The notes under the pieces are model-generated. The model worked only from the letters and a program-made list of their open reading frames with translations. It searched no databases and was not told the origin of the DNA. Of a DNA stretch of 64,000 nucleotides, positions 10,941-24,317 are shown piece by piece. The stretch's first letter is position 1; every line of letters begins with the position of its first letter. The translations under genes were made by a program, and so were the position numbers. This stretch comes from Octopus sinensis (Eukaryota): NCBI RefSeq assembly GCF_006345805.1, contig NC_043008.1, positions 75,578,001 through 75,642,000 of the forward strand, read 5' to 3'.

Positions 10941-12044
10941 AATGGAGCCACCTCCAAGGAAACACAAATAACAAGCGGTGTCCTACAGGGCACTGTCTTG
11001 GGGCCACTGATGTTCATAGTGGCCCTTTCAGACATGCCTTCAGTTGCTACGATGACCACCCTTGCTAGCTATGCAGATGACACAAAAGTCTCCCACGCAA
11101 TACAAAACCCTGAAAATATTGCGCATCTGCAACAGGAGTTGGACACAATATACGGGTGGGCTGAAGACAACAACATGCAGTTTAATGCAGGTAAGTTCCA
11201 GGCCCTGCGCTACTGGCACACAAAGGTAAACGACGTGCAGACTGGATACACTGGCCCAGGAAGAATTGCAATCCCTGAGTCAAAATCAGTGCGTGACCTG
11301 GGCATTGACATGAGCAATGATGCATCTTTCCAAGTGCATATTGCTAATCTGGTGATAAAATGCAGACGGCTAGCTGGATGGATTCTCCGAACTTTCAGAA
11401 CAAGAGAGAAGGAGACACTGATGGTCCTATGGAAAACATTCATCCTCAGCCGCTTGGACTACTGCTCCCAACTGTGGTCACCACACAATATAAAACTAAC
11501 AGCAGAACTCGAAGCAATTCAGAGAAGCTACACAAAGAAAATCGTCTCAATGCAAAATATCAGCTACTGGAAAAGACTGAAGGTATTAAACCTCTTCTCC
11601 CTAGAGCGGAGGCGGGAGAGATATGTGGTGATATACATCTGAAAAATCCTGGAGGGTCTTGTCCCAAACTTTGGCATTCAAAGTTACCCCAACCGCATGG
11701 TGCCAAGGATTCCAACATCACCATCAAAATACAGGTCCAGATACTGCAACAGCTTGGGTTTCAGAGGACCACAGCTCTTTAACATTCTCCCTAAATGCCT
11801 GGGAAACTTACATGGTGTGGATGTGGGTTTCTTTAAAACTAAACTGGATCTCTTCTTTTCGGGAGTCCCAGATGAACCTACCTCACGACAGGAGACGCAG
11901 ATGCGGGCAGCAGCATCGAACTCCCTTGTTGATCAAGTGCCACGTATCAGAGGTGGATTCACAAATTAGTGTAGCTCATTCAGCGGTGGTGCACCAGCAT
12001 GGCCGCGGCCTTCGGGCTAAAACATTTTTTAAGGATTTAAGGAT
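10941..12044 (+). mobile_element. 5'-truncated CR1-group LINE (RT C-terminal half plus 3' UTR)
   Basis: ORF 10935..11642 SGVLQGTVLGPLMF, SYADDTK, SRLDYCSQLWSP, SLERRRER; continues in 11697..11969; tail AAGGATTTAAGGAT. Confidence 0.9.
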
Positions 12045-12055
12045 ACTTATATATA

Positions 12056-12094
<39 letters not shown>

Positions 12095-12148
12095 TATATA
12101 TTTTAAATATATGTATACGCATATATATATGTGTATATATGTCTATAC

Positions 12149-12230
<82 letters not shown>

Positions 12231-12294
12231 TATATGTATACATATATATATTTATATATATGTATATCTATATATCTATATATGTATACATGTA

Positions 12295-12340
<46 letters not shown>

Positions 12341-12343
<3 letters not shown>

Positions 12344-12940
12344 ATCAAAATCAGCAACAAAGATATCCAGAGGTAATGCAGTACGATCGTTTCATGCGAC
12401 TGCATTTAATTGAACAATGCATACATTACATTAATTTGAAATGTAGAGAAATCTTCAGCTGCTGAAAAATATAGAATTTAGTTAAATTCGAAGGGCGTAT
12501 TTGTATAATTACCTTTTTCTCCAAAATCGCCAAGAGAATAAGTAGATAGACATAGAACATGCCTAAATAACAAAAATAATCAGTGATAAGCAGTGACTTT
12601 AAAAAAAAAAATCTCAGTTACAAGTGTGATGTTGTTGATAAAATATGTTCTTTGTCTATCTCCTTGGTGATTTCTGAGAAAAAGAAAATTATACAAATGA
12701 GTCATTCGAATTTAACTAAATTCTTTATTTTTATGCAGCTGAAGATTGGTCTACATCTTAAATTGATGTAATGTTTGCATTGTTCAATTAAATGCAGTCG
12801 CATGAAACGATTGAACTGCTTTTCCTCTGGACACTCTTGTTGCTTATTTTGATTATAATCACCTTATTTTAAATTATACGGATAATACCATACTAAATTC
12901 TTGTGCCTTTAACTTAAGTACCATATTCATCTGAACCTAT
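12341..12940. mobile_element. Inverted pair of PLE-like pLTR arms (12341-12463 minus; 12734-12940 plus), each with a hammerhead-like motif
   Basis: Arms are reverse complements; 12734-12940 matches the reverse complement of 47145-47345. Confidence 0.75.
12378..12462 (-). ncRNA. Hammerhead-like motif (canonical CUGAAGA/GAAA, weak stem II base)
   Basis: Reverse complement GCAG-CTGAAGA-...CGCAT-GAAA-CGATCG-TA-CTGC; palindromic stem III ACGATCGT. Confidence 0.55.
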
Positions 12941-12967
12941 ATATATACATAAATATATATATATTAC

Positions 12968-13310
12968 AGAGATGTACTTGCATAGCAAGAGACCTGATCT
13001 GAGATCGTGTGCTGGAATGAAAATAATTGCAGTATGGAATGTGTTTATAAGCCATCTAAGAAACACACAAAATCCCTTAGATTCACTTCAACATTTAAAT
13101 TTAATTTGTCAAAATATTTTCGTCGCTTTGAGACCGCGACCTGTTTAGAGACAAAATTCCGTGCAGCACGGAATTTTGTCAGAGAACAGGTCACGGTCTC
13201 AAAGCGACGAAAATATTTTGACATATTAAATTTAAATGTTGAAGTGAATCTAACGGTTTTGGGTGTTTCTTAAATGGCTTATAAACACCTTCCACATTGG
13301 AATTGTTTTA
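12968..13310 (+). mobile_element. Non-autonomous fold-back element: ~55-bp leader with a small hairpin plus a ~290-bp palindrome
   Basis: Centre CCGTGC-A-GCACGG at 13165; leader GAGATGTACTTGCATAGCAAG shared with 16376. Confidence 0.75.
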
Positions 13311-13614
13311 TATATATATATATATAATAAAGGGTAAAATTAATTAATTAATAATTAATAATTCCACCAAGTAGTATTCGGCATGTTTAAAGGACCATTT
13401 TCGGTAAACTTAAACATTATTTTTATAATTATGTGTATAATTATAACTAGGGTTCAGCAAAGTTTGCTTCACCACATACCGAACTTTAGAAATAGCAGCC
13501 AAAGAACCTAGCTAGTTCTTCTACTATAAAAAGAAACTCCCAGACAACATATACTCAAAACAATTCACGTAGGTAGAGAAGAAAAACAACGAAATTCACT
13601 CGGCATTTGATTAG

Positions 13615-13695
13615 CTGTGGACTCGTTTCTGAGTTAGATATATATGAAAAATGCAAAAATCACATTTCCATTCGATCACTCTCCTCCTCAGCACA
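13615..13695 (-). ncRNA. Type I hammerhead ribozyme, copy with a G-A mismatch at the base of stem II
   Basis: Reverse complement TGTG-CTGAGGA-GGAG...CTCA-GAAA-CGAG-TC-CACAG. Confidence 0.7.
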
Positions 13696-14203
13696 ATATT
13701 TCTTATATTTGAGAGCACTGAAAAAATTGAACATACCTATCCGATTCAAGTAACATCAGACAAACTATATGCAATGACCAGTATAAACGAATTGAAAACA
13801 TACGAATGAGGTCTCGTATCTTCCCTCACCCACCCATGTGTGTTGCTGAGTAAAACATTCTACAGAAAAAAACTGTAGTTTATTATCAAGGAGAGAATTA
13901 TATTATCAATAATAATAAAGGGTAAAATTAATTAATTAATAATTAATAATTCCACCAAGTAGTATTCGGCATTTTAAAAGGACTATTTTCGGTGAACTTA
14001 AAACATATTCTTTATAATTATGAGTAAAATTATAATTAGGGTTCAGCAAAATTTGCTTCACCACATACCGAACTTTAGAAATAGCAGCCAAAGAACCTAG
14101 CTAGTTCTTCTACTATAAGAAGAAACTCCCAGAAAACATATACTCAAAACAATTCACGTAGGTAGAGAAGAAAAACAACGAAATTCACTCGGCATTTGAT
14201 TAG

Positions 14204-14284
14204 CTGTGGACTCGTTTCGGAGTTAGATATATATGAAAAATGCAAAAATCACATTTCCATTCGATCTTCTCCTCCTCAGCACAG
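14204..14284 (-). ncRNA. Type I hammerhead ribozyme, intact
   Basis: Reverse complement CTGTG-CTGAGGA-GGAG...CTCC-GAAA-CGAG-TC-CACAG. Confidence 0.85.
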
Positions 14285-14409
14285 TATTTCAGGATCTTAC
14301 ATTTGAGAGCACTGAAAAAATTGAACACACCTATCCGATTCAAGTAACATCAGACAAACTATATCCAATGATCAGTACCAACGAATTCAAAACATACGTA
14401 TATGTAATA

Positions 14410-15940
14410 TCCATGCCGAATGACAGTCAATATCACAACAAAAATCACCAAACACACTCCGCAACAAATAATGAACACCTTGTCTTCACTAATTAAAACC
14501 CATGGAAAAAACTGACAACCAAAGAAATTGACTATTCAACAAATTTTAAATGCAAACCTAGTCTTTTCTACGGTCTACCAAAAATCCACAAAAGCGATAT
14601 TGCAAATAAAACCATAAAAGAATAACCGAAGACGTACATACATACGCCAAACCCAGGGGACCTAAAATTACGACCATTATAGCTGGACCAGCCTGTAAAG
14701 CACACGGACTAGATCTATTTATGGACATTCTCCTGCAACTCTTCCTTAAACACATCAATATTTACATCAGAGAAGACTTGGACATGTTGAATCACCTCCC
14801 AAAAATGTCAAGGAAGAAACAACTATGGTTTCATTTGATGTGATTAATTCATATACCAGTATACCGCATAATTATGGGCTTGGGGCAATTCAGTTCTGGC
14901 TGGACAAATATCCGGAAGAAGTACCAGAAATGATCAGTAAAATATTCATAAGTGAAGCGGTTGAATTCATCCTCAGAAATAACCATTTTATGTTTGACAA
15001 CACGTTTTATTGACAAAACGCCGAGCTTGCCATGGGAACTAGGGCTGTCCCGGTCATTGTGAACCTAACAATAGGCTATCTGGACATAATAATATACCAG
15101 GAATCTTTATCTTCCTCTGAAAACCCTCTTTTCCAATTCATAAATGAAAATTGGATTCCTAGACGACTGTTTCATCCTCTGGAACGAAAACAGACAAAAT
15201 ACAACCAAAAGGAGCTCCCATTCTTGGATATACTAATTAAAAAAATAAACCTAAAAATAGAAACAGATATATTTTACAAAACCACAGACGCCAAAAAATA
15301 TCAACTATTTAATTCATGCCACCCAAGACAGACCAAAACAAACATCCCCTTCAATATTGCAAGTAGCACAATAGTGTCAGAAAAAATACCAGAGACTTTA
15401 GATTGCAAGAACTCAAAAACACCCTGATTTGCAGACACTACCCAGTTCAACCCATAGAGGATGGAATCAGACGTGTAACACAAATCGAACTTGAGAAAAC
15501 ACAGCAACACATCTTCCCCGAAAATACTGCCGTACATAACCGCATACAACCACAGAAACGAAGAAGCCTTCCCCACCATCACCCAAAAGTTACCTCCGCT
15601 ACATAAAGACATCAAATTAAAGGAATTTTACACACACATAAGATCATTAAAAGCCACAAGCAACGGAAATTACTAAAAAAGATCCTCACAAAAGCACTTA
15701 TTTTCTAAATTAACGGACGCAAAAGTGAAAAAATGTGGTCGACCAAACTGCGCAACATGCTTAAACCTTCTAGAAGAATCAGAATTCTTTTTCTTTCGAA
15801 GAGGGAGAAAAATTCAAAATCAAACTGACTTTATTTGTTCCTCAGAAAACCTGATTTATGTATTTATAAGATACTCGAACTGCCACCAAATCTACATAGG
15901 ATCCACCGGATTGTCACTCAAAAGCAAATGCACTCTGCAC
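14410..15940 (+). mobile_element. Neptune-like Penelope element relic (RT, Zn-linker and GIY-YIG start), frameshifted
   Basis: FYGLPKIHK (~14570), VSFDVINSYTSIP, MGTRAVP, ELPFLDILI, KKCGRPNCATC and IYIGSTG motifs. Confidence 0.85.
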
Positions 15941-15953
15941 ACACATGTGTTTG

Positions 15954-16107
<154 letters not shown>

Positions 16108-16375
16108 ATATTATATAATATATATATATATATACTTTATCTAAAAGCAGCAGAAAATTCAACAAAACCTGTAACTCTGAGTTTCATGTTCCCGTTCGTC
16201 GGACATTTTTTGTTAAAATAGGACCGATATGCCAATTCTATCAAGACTAGTATAAACGCTACACCTTTAAAAATGGACTTGTTTGATTGGTCCTTTCAAA
16301 TAACGGTCATTTTCGAGCGATGAACAAAAATGAGCTTAATATAAAATATTAAAAAATATATATATATATATATAG

Positions 16376-16535
16376 GGAGATGTACTCGCATAGCAAGTAA
16401 TTTGATCTGAGATCGTGTGCTGAAACGAAAACAATTGCAGCGGGGAAGGTGTTTATAAGCCATTTAAGAAACACACAACGGCTTTTGTGTGTTTCTTAAA
16501 TGGCTTATAAACACCTTCCACGCTGCAATTGTATA
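16376..16535 (+). mobile_element. Internally deleted copy of the 12968 fold-back element
   Basis: Same leader and outer arms; hairpin now centred on AAACACACAA-CGGCT-TTTGTGTGTTT. Confidence 0.8.
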
Positions 16536-16549
16536 TATATATATATATA

Positions 16550-19500
16550 AATTATAAAAGTCGAGGAAAAAACCTTACATCGAATCTTTGGTTAAAATAC
16601 ATATTCTCATTAATAAAGAAAATATAATTAATACATGGAAATTGAAATTAAAATATTAAAATGCATTAAAATATTTCACAACAGTACATACTCATACTAA
16701 ACTATACATATATACATCAACATACACAGATAGATGTCCGCAGACCACATACATATACACACATATAAATAGAAAACTATAATATACACACAAATGCATG
16801 TACACATATGTATATGCAATCTAGCTCGCATGCAAAATCACTGTATCCATATAGATTATAAGCTAAATTCATGGATGGGGAAGGGGCGTTCTTATTTACA
16901 ACATAAAGCTAAAGACATAAGTAAGGGAGGGGGAGGAGGGACGTAAAGTTACAGGCCTCTATACAAGTAACGAATAGGGAGAGAAAAAAACGAAAGAAAG
17001 GAAGAGAGAGAAAAAGAAAAAAGAGAAAAGGAAAAAAGAAGAAAATGTTATACGCTATGAGTTTTTGTATACAAATTATGTGAGCACATATACTGACACA
17101 TATATGGAGACAAGTACGCAAACACACAAGCCCAAGTGGATACATGCATACACATACATTCGTGTATGTATGTGCTTCAGTACAAACATACGCTCACTTA
17201 CACATATACAAAGACGTATGCTTACAAATACATATTCATGCCAATATACATATTTACATAAAATACCTAGGACCTGACAACATTGTTTTTTAAAATGATG
17301 AGTGTATAATAATAAAAATTAACCGAAAACATGCAAAATATAGCACCCTATATTGGATTATCGATAACTTAAATACCAAAGTAAGCCTATACAATATAAT
17401 AAAATGAAATAAACTTAGCCGAATGTTTTTCCTAAGGAATATGTAGAAATATAAACAAAATAAACAAAATATATGCACAAGACATTGCTATGCGGAATGA
17501 AATCTGCGAGGTGAATTTGGAAGCAAGAAGAATAGCTAACAATCTTAAGATTAGCGATAGGATAGAATATCTTTCCCCACGACCATCTTTTATTACACTA
17601 AAAGACCATAAAGCCAATTTTAATACATGCATACACATACATTCGTGTATGTATGTGCTTCAGTACAAACATACGCTCACTTACACATATACAAAGACGT
17701 ATGCTTACAAATACATATTCATGCCAATACACATATTTACATAAAAATGCCTAGGATCTGACAACATCGTTTTTTATATCTTTTATTTGGCTGCGTGCCT
17801 GCATTAGTTCAAAAGTTCGCTTTTTTGATTCAAAGAATTATTGTCTTTGAATAAAATATAAAATTTTTATAACAAACAAAGATTGCATTTAAAATGTTTC
17901 TTGTGAGCCCCGTGCCTGTACGGTGCCGCTCTGTCCAGAATGCTCCATGTCAGGTTGAAAAGTGGGGCTTCCTTTTCTTTTAGTTCCCAGACATATTTTG
18001 CTAGGCTGGTCTTCTTTCTAGTTTATGGGTATCTAATTGAATTTTTATGCGAATAAAATCGCGTTTTAAACGAATTGTCCGAAGCCCCTGTATAAGTCTT
18101 ATATTCAGATGATACTTCTATTTGCTCATTGGCTCTATAAACGACCCCTTTTACCAAACATTTCCCTTCCAACGGACAGGAGGATTCATCTTTACAATTG
18201 CATTTCTTAAGGGGTTCGGCACCATGCTTAATATCAATTAAATTCCTATTGTGTTGGCTAATGTAAGAGGCGAAATTCCTGGAACAAGAATAGCTAATCC
18301 TAAGGGTTCTTCTATTAAATATTCTATAAAATTTATGGTCCTGCTTAAAATGCCTAGAGACTAATTTCAAGAATTCCCTATCTATGTTAGTTTTTACGGC
18401 CAAATTGAAAGCTAGGTTGAACCACAAAACTTTCCTGGTCCTAGTTCTGCGCGCGGCATTACTACCAGCATTAAGCTGGTTGTACTGGATCTTCTCAGAG
18501 AATCCACTATTCCTTAATGCGCTATCGTAATAAGGTGCAGCATTATGGAATGCTGCCTCATCCGAAGAAATTGACGATATTCTTCTACCTGCATTGCTGA
18601 CTAAGTTCCTAAGGATAACTGGCGGATGGTTCGAATCTTTGCTAATATACGATAACTTGTCATTGGGCTTACGGTAAGGTTTAAATTTATCCGAGCTAAT
18701 ATCAAAATTTACATCTAAAAAATCTACACTTTTCAGGTTAGTATCTATTGTAACCCGCAAGCCCATCCTTTGGAAGAAAGCAATACGATCCTTCCTAAGT
18801 CTATCTGATTCACGGCCGTTTAAATTATGGGTGGCTATAAGGCCGTCATCCCTTTATAAACCTGCATCTATAAATGGGAATTCTATTTTTAGATAATGAA
18901 GAATAAAGGCTCCTATGACCATACTTAACTCAGCCCCGTCGTATGCTCCCATCGGTACATCAAAAAGAGAATCCTCACACTTCTTAATCCAGGTGGAATC
19001 CTCGAAAAAAAAAAGAAGTGATTTCCTCGCATGTATGATAATATCAATTTCCGAGCTACCGATGTCGACATACTGGTTGGCGAAGTCCAATGCCCTTAGG
19101 AGTAAAGCCCTAGATACTCACGTGTAAAAGTCAATAATATCGAATTGCGTAAAACTGCAACAATGCTTATGGCTAATCCCTTTAAACCACTCTATGAATG
19201 ACTTACTATTCTTCCGAATTCTCAAATCTAATTCCCTATCTAACTTAGTTGAAATACGGTCCAAAATATATTTGCTAATAATGACCTATCTCAGTTTTAG
19301 CCGGATTTATCAATCTACATTTGGGGTTTCTATTAAAATTGGCTTTATGGTCTTTTAGTGTAATAAAAGATGGTCGTGGGGAAAGATATTCTATCCTATC
19401 GCTAATCTTAAGATTGTTAGCTATTCTTCTTGCTTCCAAATTCACCTCGCAGATTTCATTCCGCATAGCAATGACTTGTGCATATATTTTGTTTATGTTG

Positions 19501-19890
19501 TTTATATTTCTACATATTCCTTAGGAAAAACCTTCGGCTAAGTTTATTTCATTTTATTATATTGTATAGGCTTACTTTGGTATTTAATTTATAGATAATC
19601 CAATATAGGGTGCTATATTTTGCATGTTTTCGGTTAATTTTTATTATTATGCACTCATCATTTTAAAAACAATGTTGTCAGATCCTATGCATTTTATGTA
19701 AATATGTGTATTGGCATGAATATGTATTTGTAAGCATACGTCTTTGTATATGTGTAAGTGAGCGTATGTTTGTACTGAAGCACATACATACACGAATGTA
19801 TGTGTATGCATGTATCCACTTGGGCTTGTGTGTTTGCGTACTTGTCTCGATATATGTGTCAGTATATGTGCTCACATAATTTGTATACAA
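16550..19890 (-). mobile_element. Naiad-like Penelope element complex: RT plus GIY-YIG relic (~19680 to ~17790, minus) with inverted pLTR/ORF duplications
   Basis: KCRLINPAK, FDVPMGAYDGAE, GL*RDDGL, CNC-x5-CPLEGKC, VVY-x14-YTG and CNLC motifs; 17064-17625 is the inverse of 19331-19890; 17626-17772 repeats 17140-17290. Confidence 0.85.
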
Positions 19891-19964
19891 ATAAAGCATA
19901 TTACTCTACCCCTGGTATTTGAGTACTCTTTTTTCACCTTGTTTCAAATTTATGTGTTTACTCC

Positions 19965-20003
<39 letters not shown>

Positions 20004-20066
20004 ATATGTATATATATTTACATTGTGTATATATATATTATGTATGTATATACATATATATACATG

Positions 20067-20112
<46 letters not shown>

Positions 20113-20496
20113 TGTATGTGTGTGTGTGCATATGTATATATTTACACAAGTATGTGCATGTATGTACATACATATATGTTTATGGATGTGTGTAAATGCA
20201 GATATAAATGTATATACATACGAATGTGCGAATGTATATATGTATATATATGTGTATGTGTTTGTATGTGTGTGTATGTCGTTACGTTTTGCCATCCTTA
20301 TCTATATAATAATATAGAATTTGGAAAATAAAATTTTTGGTGGATTTATTCAGAATATTTTGAATCTTTCTGGTGCAACTTCTTACGTTACTGTAAAATA
20401 CATCTTTATATTAGCAATTTGATATAAATTATATATTGCAAGAAGTTTTCATAATACTAAATAATTATATGTATAACTACTTTCATTTTATTAATT

Positions 20497-20715
20497 CATA
20501 ATAATAATAGTAATAATAATAACAACAACAGCAACAACAACAACAACAATAATAATAATAATGATAATAATAATAATAATAATAATGGTGATGATAATAA
20601 TAATAATAATAATGATGATGATGATGATGATGATGATGATAATAATAATAATAATAGTGATAATAATAATGATAATAATAATGATAATAATAATAATGAT
20701 AATAATAATAATAAC

Positions 20716-20756
<41 letters not shown>

Positions 20757-20757
20757 T
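20497..20757. repeat. (AAT)n/(CAA)n/(GAT)n microsatellite
   Basis: Directly visible. Confidence 0.95.
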
Positions 20758-21110
20758 TTAAAGTTAGTATTCCATATATCCGTCTCAAAAGCCTCCAAAT
20801 GGCGGTTAAGTGACAGAAATTGTCTGGTTTTGAAGATTTTCTTATAAATTTCGTAGTCTTCGTTAAGGGGTCTTCGTCCTTTAAGAATATCCCTTCCTTG
20901 GTGAAGAGTATTCCAACGAATTCTATGTATGAAATCAAAAGTCTTTGTAATAAGGTCCTTAATAAAGTACTTCTTAGGTGGGACCGGAATGTCTTCCAAT
21001 GATATATCAATAGGTAATTTCTCCCTTATACGAGCGAAAAACCGTATAATACAATAGCAGAATATATAAATTAACAAACTAAGGAAAGAAATTCCTTCAA
21101 AGCGGTGTGT
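20758..21110 (-). mobile_element. N-terminal fragment of a Naiad-like PLE ORF abutting (AAT)n
   Basis: SLEDIPVPPKKYFIKDLITKTFDFIHRIRW resembles the N-terminus I recall for Naiad ORFs. Confidence 0.6.
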
Positions 21111-23668
21111 AAAACATCCAACTCACTAGTACGTCAGTTGGATACTACAAAGATATGCCTGCGTAGAAAATTGGTATGCAAATATTGTTGAAAAATAAAA
21201 TTTGAAATAAAAATTTACAACTTGAAAAGGAAGTATCATCCTATTGACCAACATATTCAGTCGGATTAAATCTCCGTTTAATATAGATCAGCAAATCAAA
21301 TACACAATTACGACCAAATTTTATCAGACTAATCTGTACAGGCATTTTCAATCTGTAAATGAAATACCCATTTATCTATCAGTGCTCTCACTGACTGAAG
21401 TTGATAATCAATTTTCAATCTGAACTCACTTGTCAGCCATTATAAAATAAGCCAAACCATTGTTCTTTCTAGCAGACATGGTTATATAAGAACGTACACC
21501 AGAGAAAATGTATTCATTTGTAAGCCTGATTCTCTAAAGAATTTGCAATGAAACAAACATATATTAACAATTTATTTTGAAAGCGGCAGTGCATACAATC
21601 TATTCTGCTACTGCTTTTGAGAGTCAGAAAGAAAAACGAAACGATAAATCACAATGCTGATGGTTGTGTTATTTGTATTGCGCTGATGAAAAGCAGAAAA
21701 GCAAAAAACGCTGAAAGCTTTTTCGATTTGTATTCTTTTTTAAATTATTTAAAAAACGCGTCATTGACAAAAAAGTGATCATTACAAAATCAAGATATTT
21801 CAACATTTTATATTGGAAATCAATGAAAATTCAATATAGAAAATTACCTGAGTAAAGGAAACTTTCTTGTGATTTATTAGTATTTTGTGCTGAATTTTGT
21901 GATGAATTTTTCAAATATGTAACAAATGTAAACACCAACAATCTATGCGCACACAGACACCACACACACACACATACACACACTCACACACAAACCCCCA
22001 CACACGAACACACGTGCATAGATATATATTCAAACATATATATTATGTGAATGCGTCTACGTACGTATTTCTTTTGACTATGTATATTTTCATGTGTTTA
22101 GGTTTCGACTTTCTTGTAAGTTTATATTTACATATGTAATTATGAATATATATATTTATAGTGATGTGGATGTGTCTACATGAACAATCTTATTTTGATA
22201 CTTTTTCTTAAACAAAATAAAGAATTGCTTGATATCATGGAGTGGCTGTAGTCTAATATTGAATTAATTCCCCGTTTTTAAGTTTGCGGTTGCTGTAGTT
22301 AATATACTAAACGACAAGTTTGGAAATGACATGAAACAGAAATAAGCCAACTCACGGCAAGAACAGTGGTGCACATATTTTACTTTTCATTTCGATTTCG
22401 GACTTCTAAATCCTTTATTAGTTAAACGAAGTGAGATTTAACTTGGTTTGCCCAGACAAAATATCAATGCCCGAATCCGAAATCGTTAAAAGGTTAACAT
22501 TGGTAAGGATTCGGCGGAGATACATGCAGTACACTCGTTACACCAACAGAGGAGCTCACGTTTGATAAGTCTTAAAATCAGGATATATTCTTGAATTTTT
22601 AACATTACAATTCTTTTATAGCTTAAATTGCAATAAATTCCTTTGCAATTTTTGTTCCTTTTATGAAAGTGGCATTTGTATATATGTGGCATTTGTATAT
22701 ATGTGAATGGAAGTTTGCGAATAGTGCATTTCACCGTAATATCCTCCACATTCCACTTCACATGGTACTCTAAGAAGGTCCATAAAGATACATCCTCCGA
22801 GTTGAAGAAGCGGATGGCTATCCGTATCCCAAGCTAATATTTTCTCAGAGATATTCTAGTGTGTGCCATCTGCATATTCAAAGAAAACACTGCCTAGCAG
22901 AAAATGTAGCTTGATGAATTCATACAGTCAACACAAGGTGATATTTAGTAGTGAAATGTCGGCGTGATATCCAGAACAACGAAGAAGAACATATCATTTG
23001 CAAATTTGTTAAAATAGTTGATGAAACACAAAAACGGAGAATTTACCAGTTAACGCAATATATGTATGTACGTATATATGTATGTATGCATGTATGTGTG
23101 TATGGGTGTGTGCGAGTGTGTGTGTCTATCTATATAAATGTATGTGTGCGTGTGCACATGTAGAGGCATATATACATAGACACATAGATACATTCATATA
23201 TATGTAGACATGCCCCCATGCACACACGGACACTCATATATTCTTTTGATTAAAAATTAAGTAAGTTCATATATGTGAATATGTATGCAAGTGTGTGTAG
23301 ATATATACATACACAACGAAACTTAAACATGCAATACTTTTAATGGACTAATGTATAAATCGGACTTAACTGATAATCAGTTGCTCATGTGTGAGTTGAT
23401 ACTTTTTATGTAGCTTGTAGTAATAACTTATAACCTCAGTAAGTGGTCTAGAAATCCAAATTTACTAATTCAATTTTTTCTGAAATGTATTTTATCCATT
23501 TAGAATTTTACCTATATATGTTAATTATTCTACTGTGGTTTTATCGATTTTGTTTAATTTGCAACAGATGCCAAGTATATCGCATTATTTGTGATGAGAA
23601 GGTGTTCTTCCCTGTCTTAGGTTGAATACATTATAGTAAAAAATGTCAAGTGGTACTAGCCGGAGGGA

Positions 23669-23729
<61 letters not shown>

Positions 23730-23735
<6 letters not shown>

Positions 23736-23984
23736 ACCGACCAGACACTCAGATGTTGTTGCACATCGCTGGTCACAATGCGTTCGCATTGTTTTAGCCT
23801 TCGAATGACGCCAACAGAAGAAAGAGTGGTGAAAGAATACAGCAGGGATCACCACCTCCTGCCGGAGCCTCGTGGAGTTTTAGGTGTTTTCGCTCAATAA
23901 ACACACACAACGCCCGGCCTGGGAATCGAAACGGCGATCCTACGACCGCGAGTCCGCTGCCCTAACCACTGGGCCATTGCGCCT
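23730..23984 (-). mobile_element. tRNA-derived SINE (OR1-like)
   Basis: Reverse complement GGCGCAATGGCCCAGTGGTTAGGGCAGCGGACTCGCGGTC...TTCGATTCCC; matches 43427-43718. Confidence 0.85.
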
Positions 23985-24128
23985 ACACACACACACACAT
24001 ATATATATATATGCATGTTTATTTGTGTGTGTGTGTATACCATGAAATTAATATTTCGATCTGTGTTTGTATGAATGTATGATAGTGTAAAGTTTTGTTT
24101 CCTTCCATTTTTACATGTGTATATTGTA

Positions 24129-24202
<74 letters not shown>

Positions 24203-24249
24203 AATATATATATACATATATATACTTATATATATTATATATAAAATGG

Positions 24250-24297
<48 letters not shown>

Positions 24298-24317
24298 TAT
24301 ATATATATATATATATA

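Larger units (their letters stand above)
13323..14400 (-). repeat. Tandem ~589-bp pLTR-like units, each with a minus-strand hammerhead
   Basis: ATAATAAAGGGTAAAATTAATT starts at ~13323 and ~13911; high identity between units. Confidence 0.9.

Noticed and set aside
16575-16625. Possible hammerhead in the Naiad pLTR (reverse complement TAATGA-GAAT...ATTC-GATGTA)
   Set aside because: GAAA and stem III are missing; too degenerate to call.
17790-19680. Selenocysteine recoding, which is known in some Naiad PLEs
   Set aside because: The conserved Cys positions I could read are TGT/TGC; the stops seen (e.g. GL*RDD = TAA; EG*C in the 51-kb copy at a non-Cys position) look like decay, and no SECIS was recognised.
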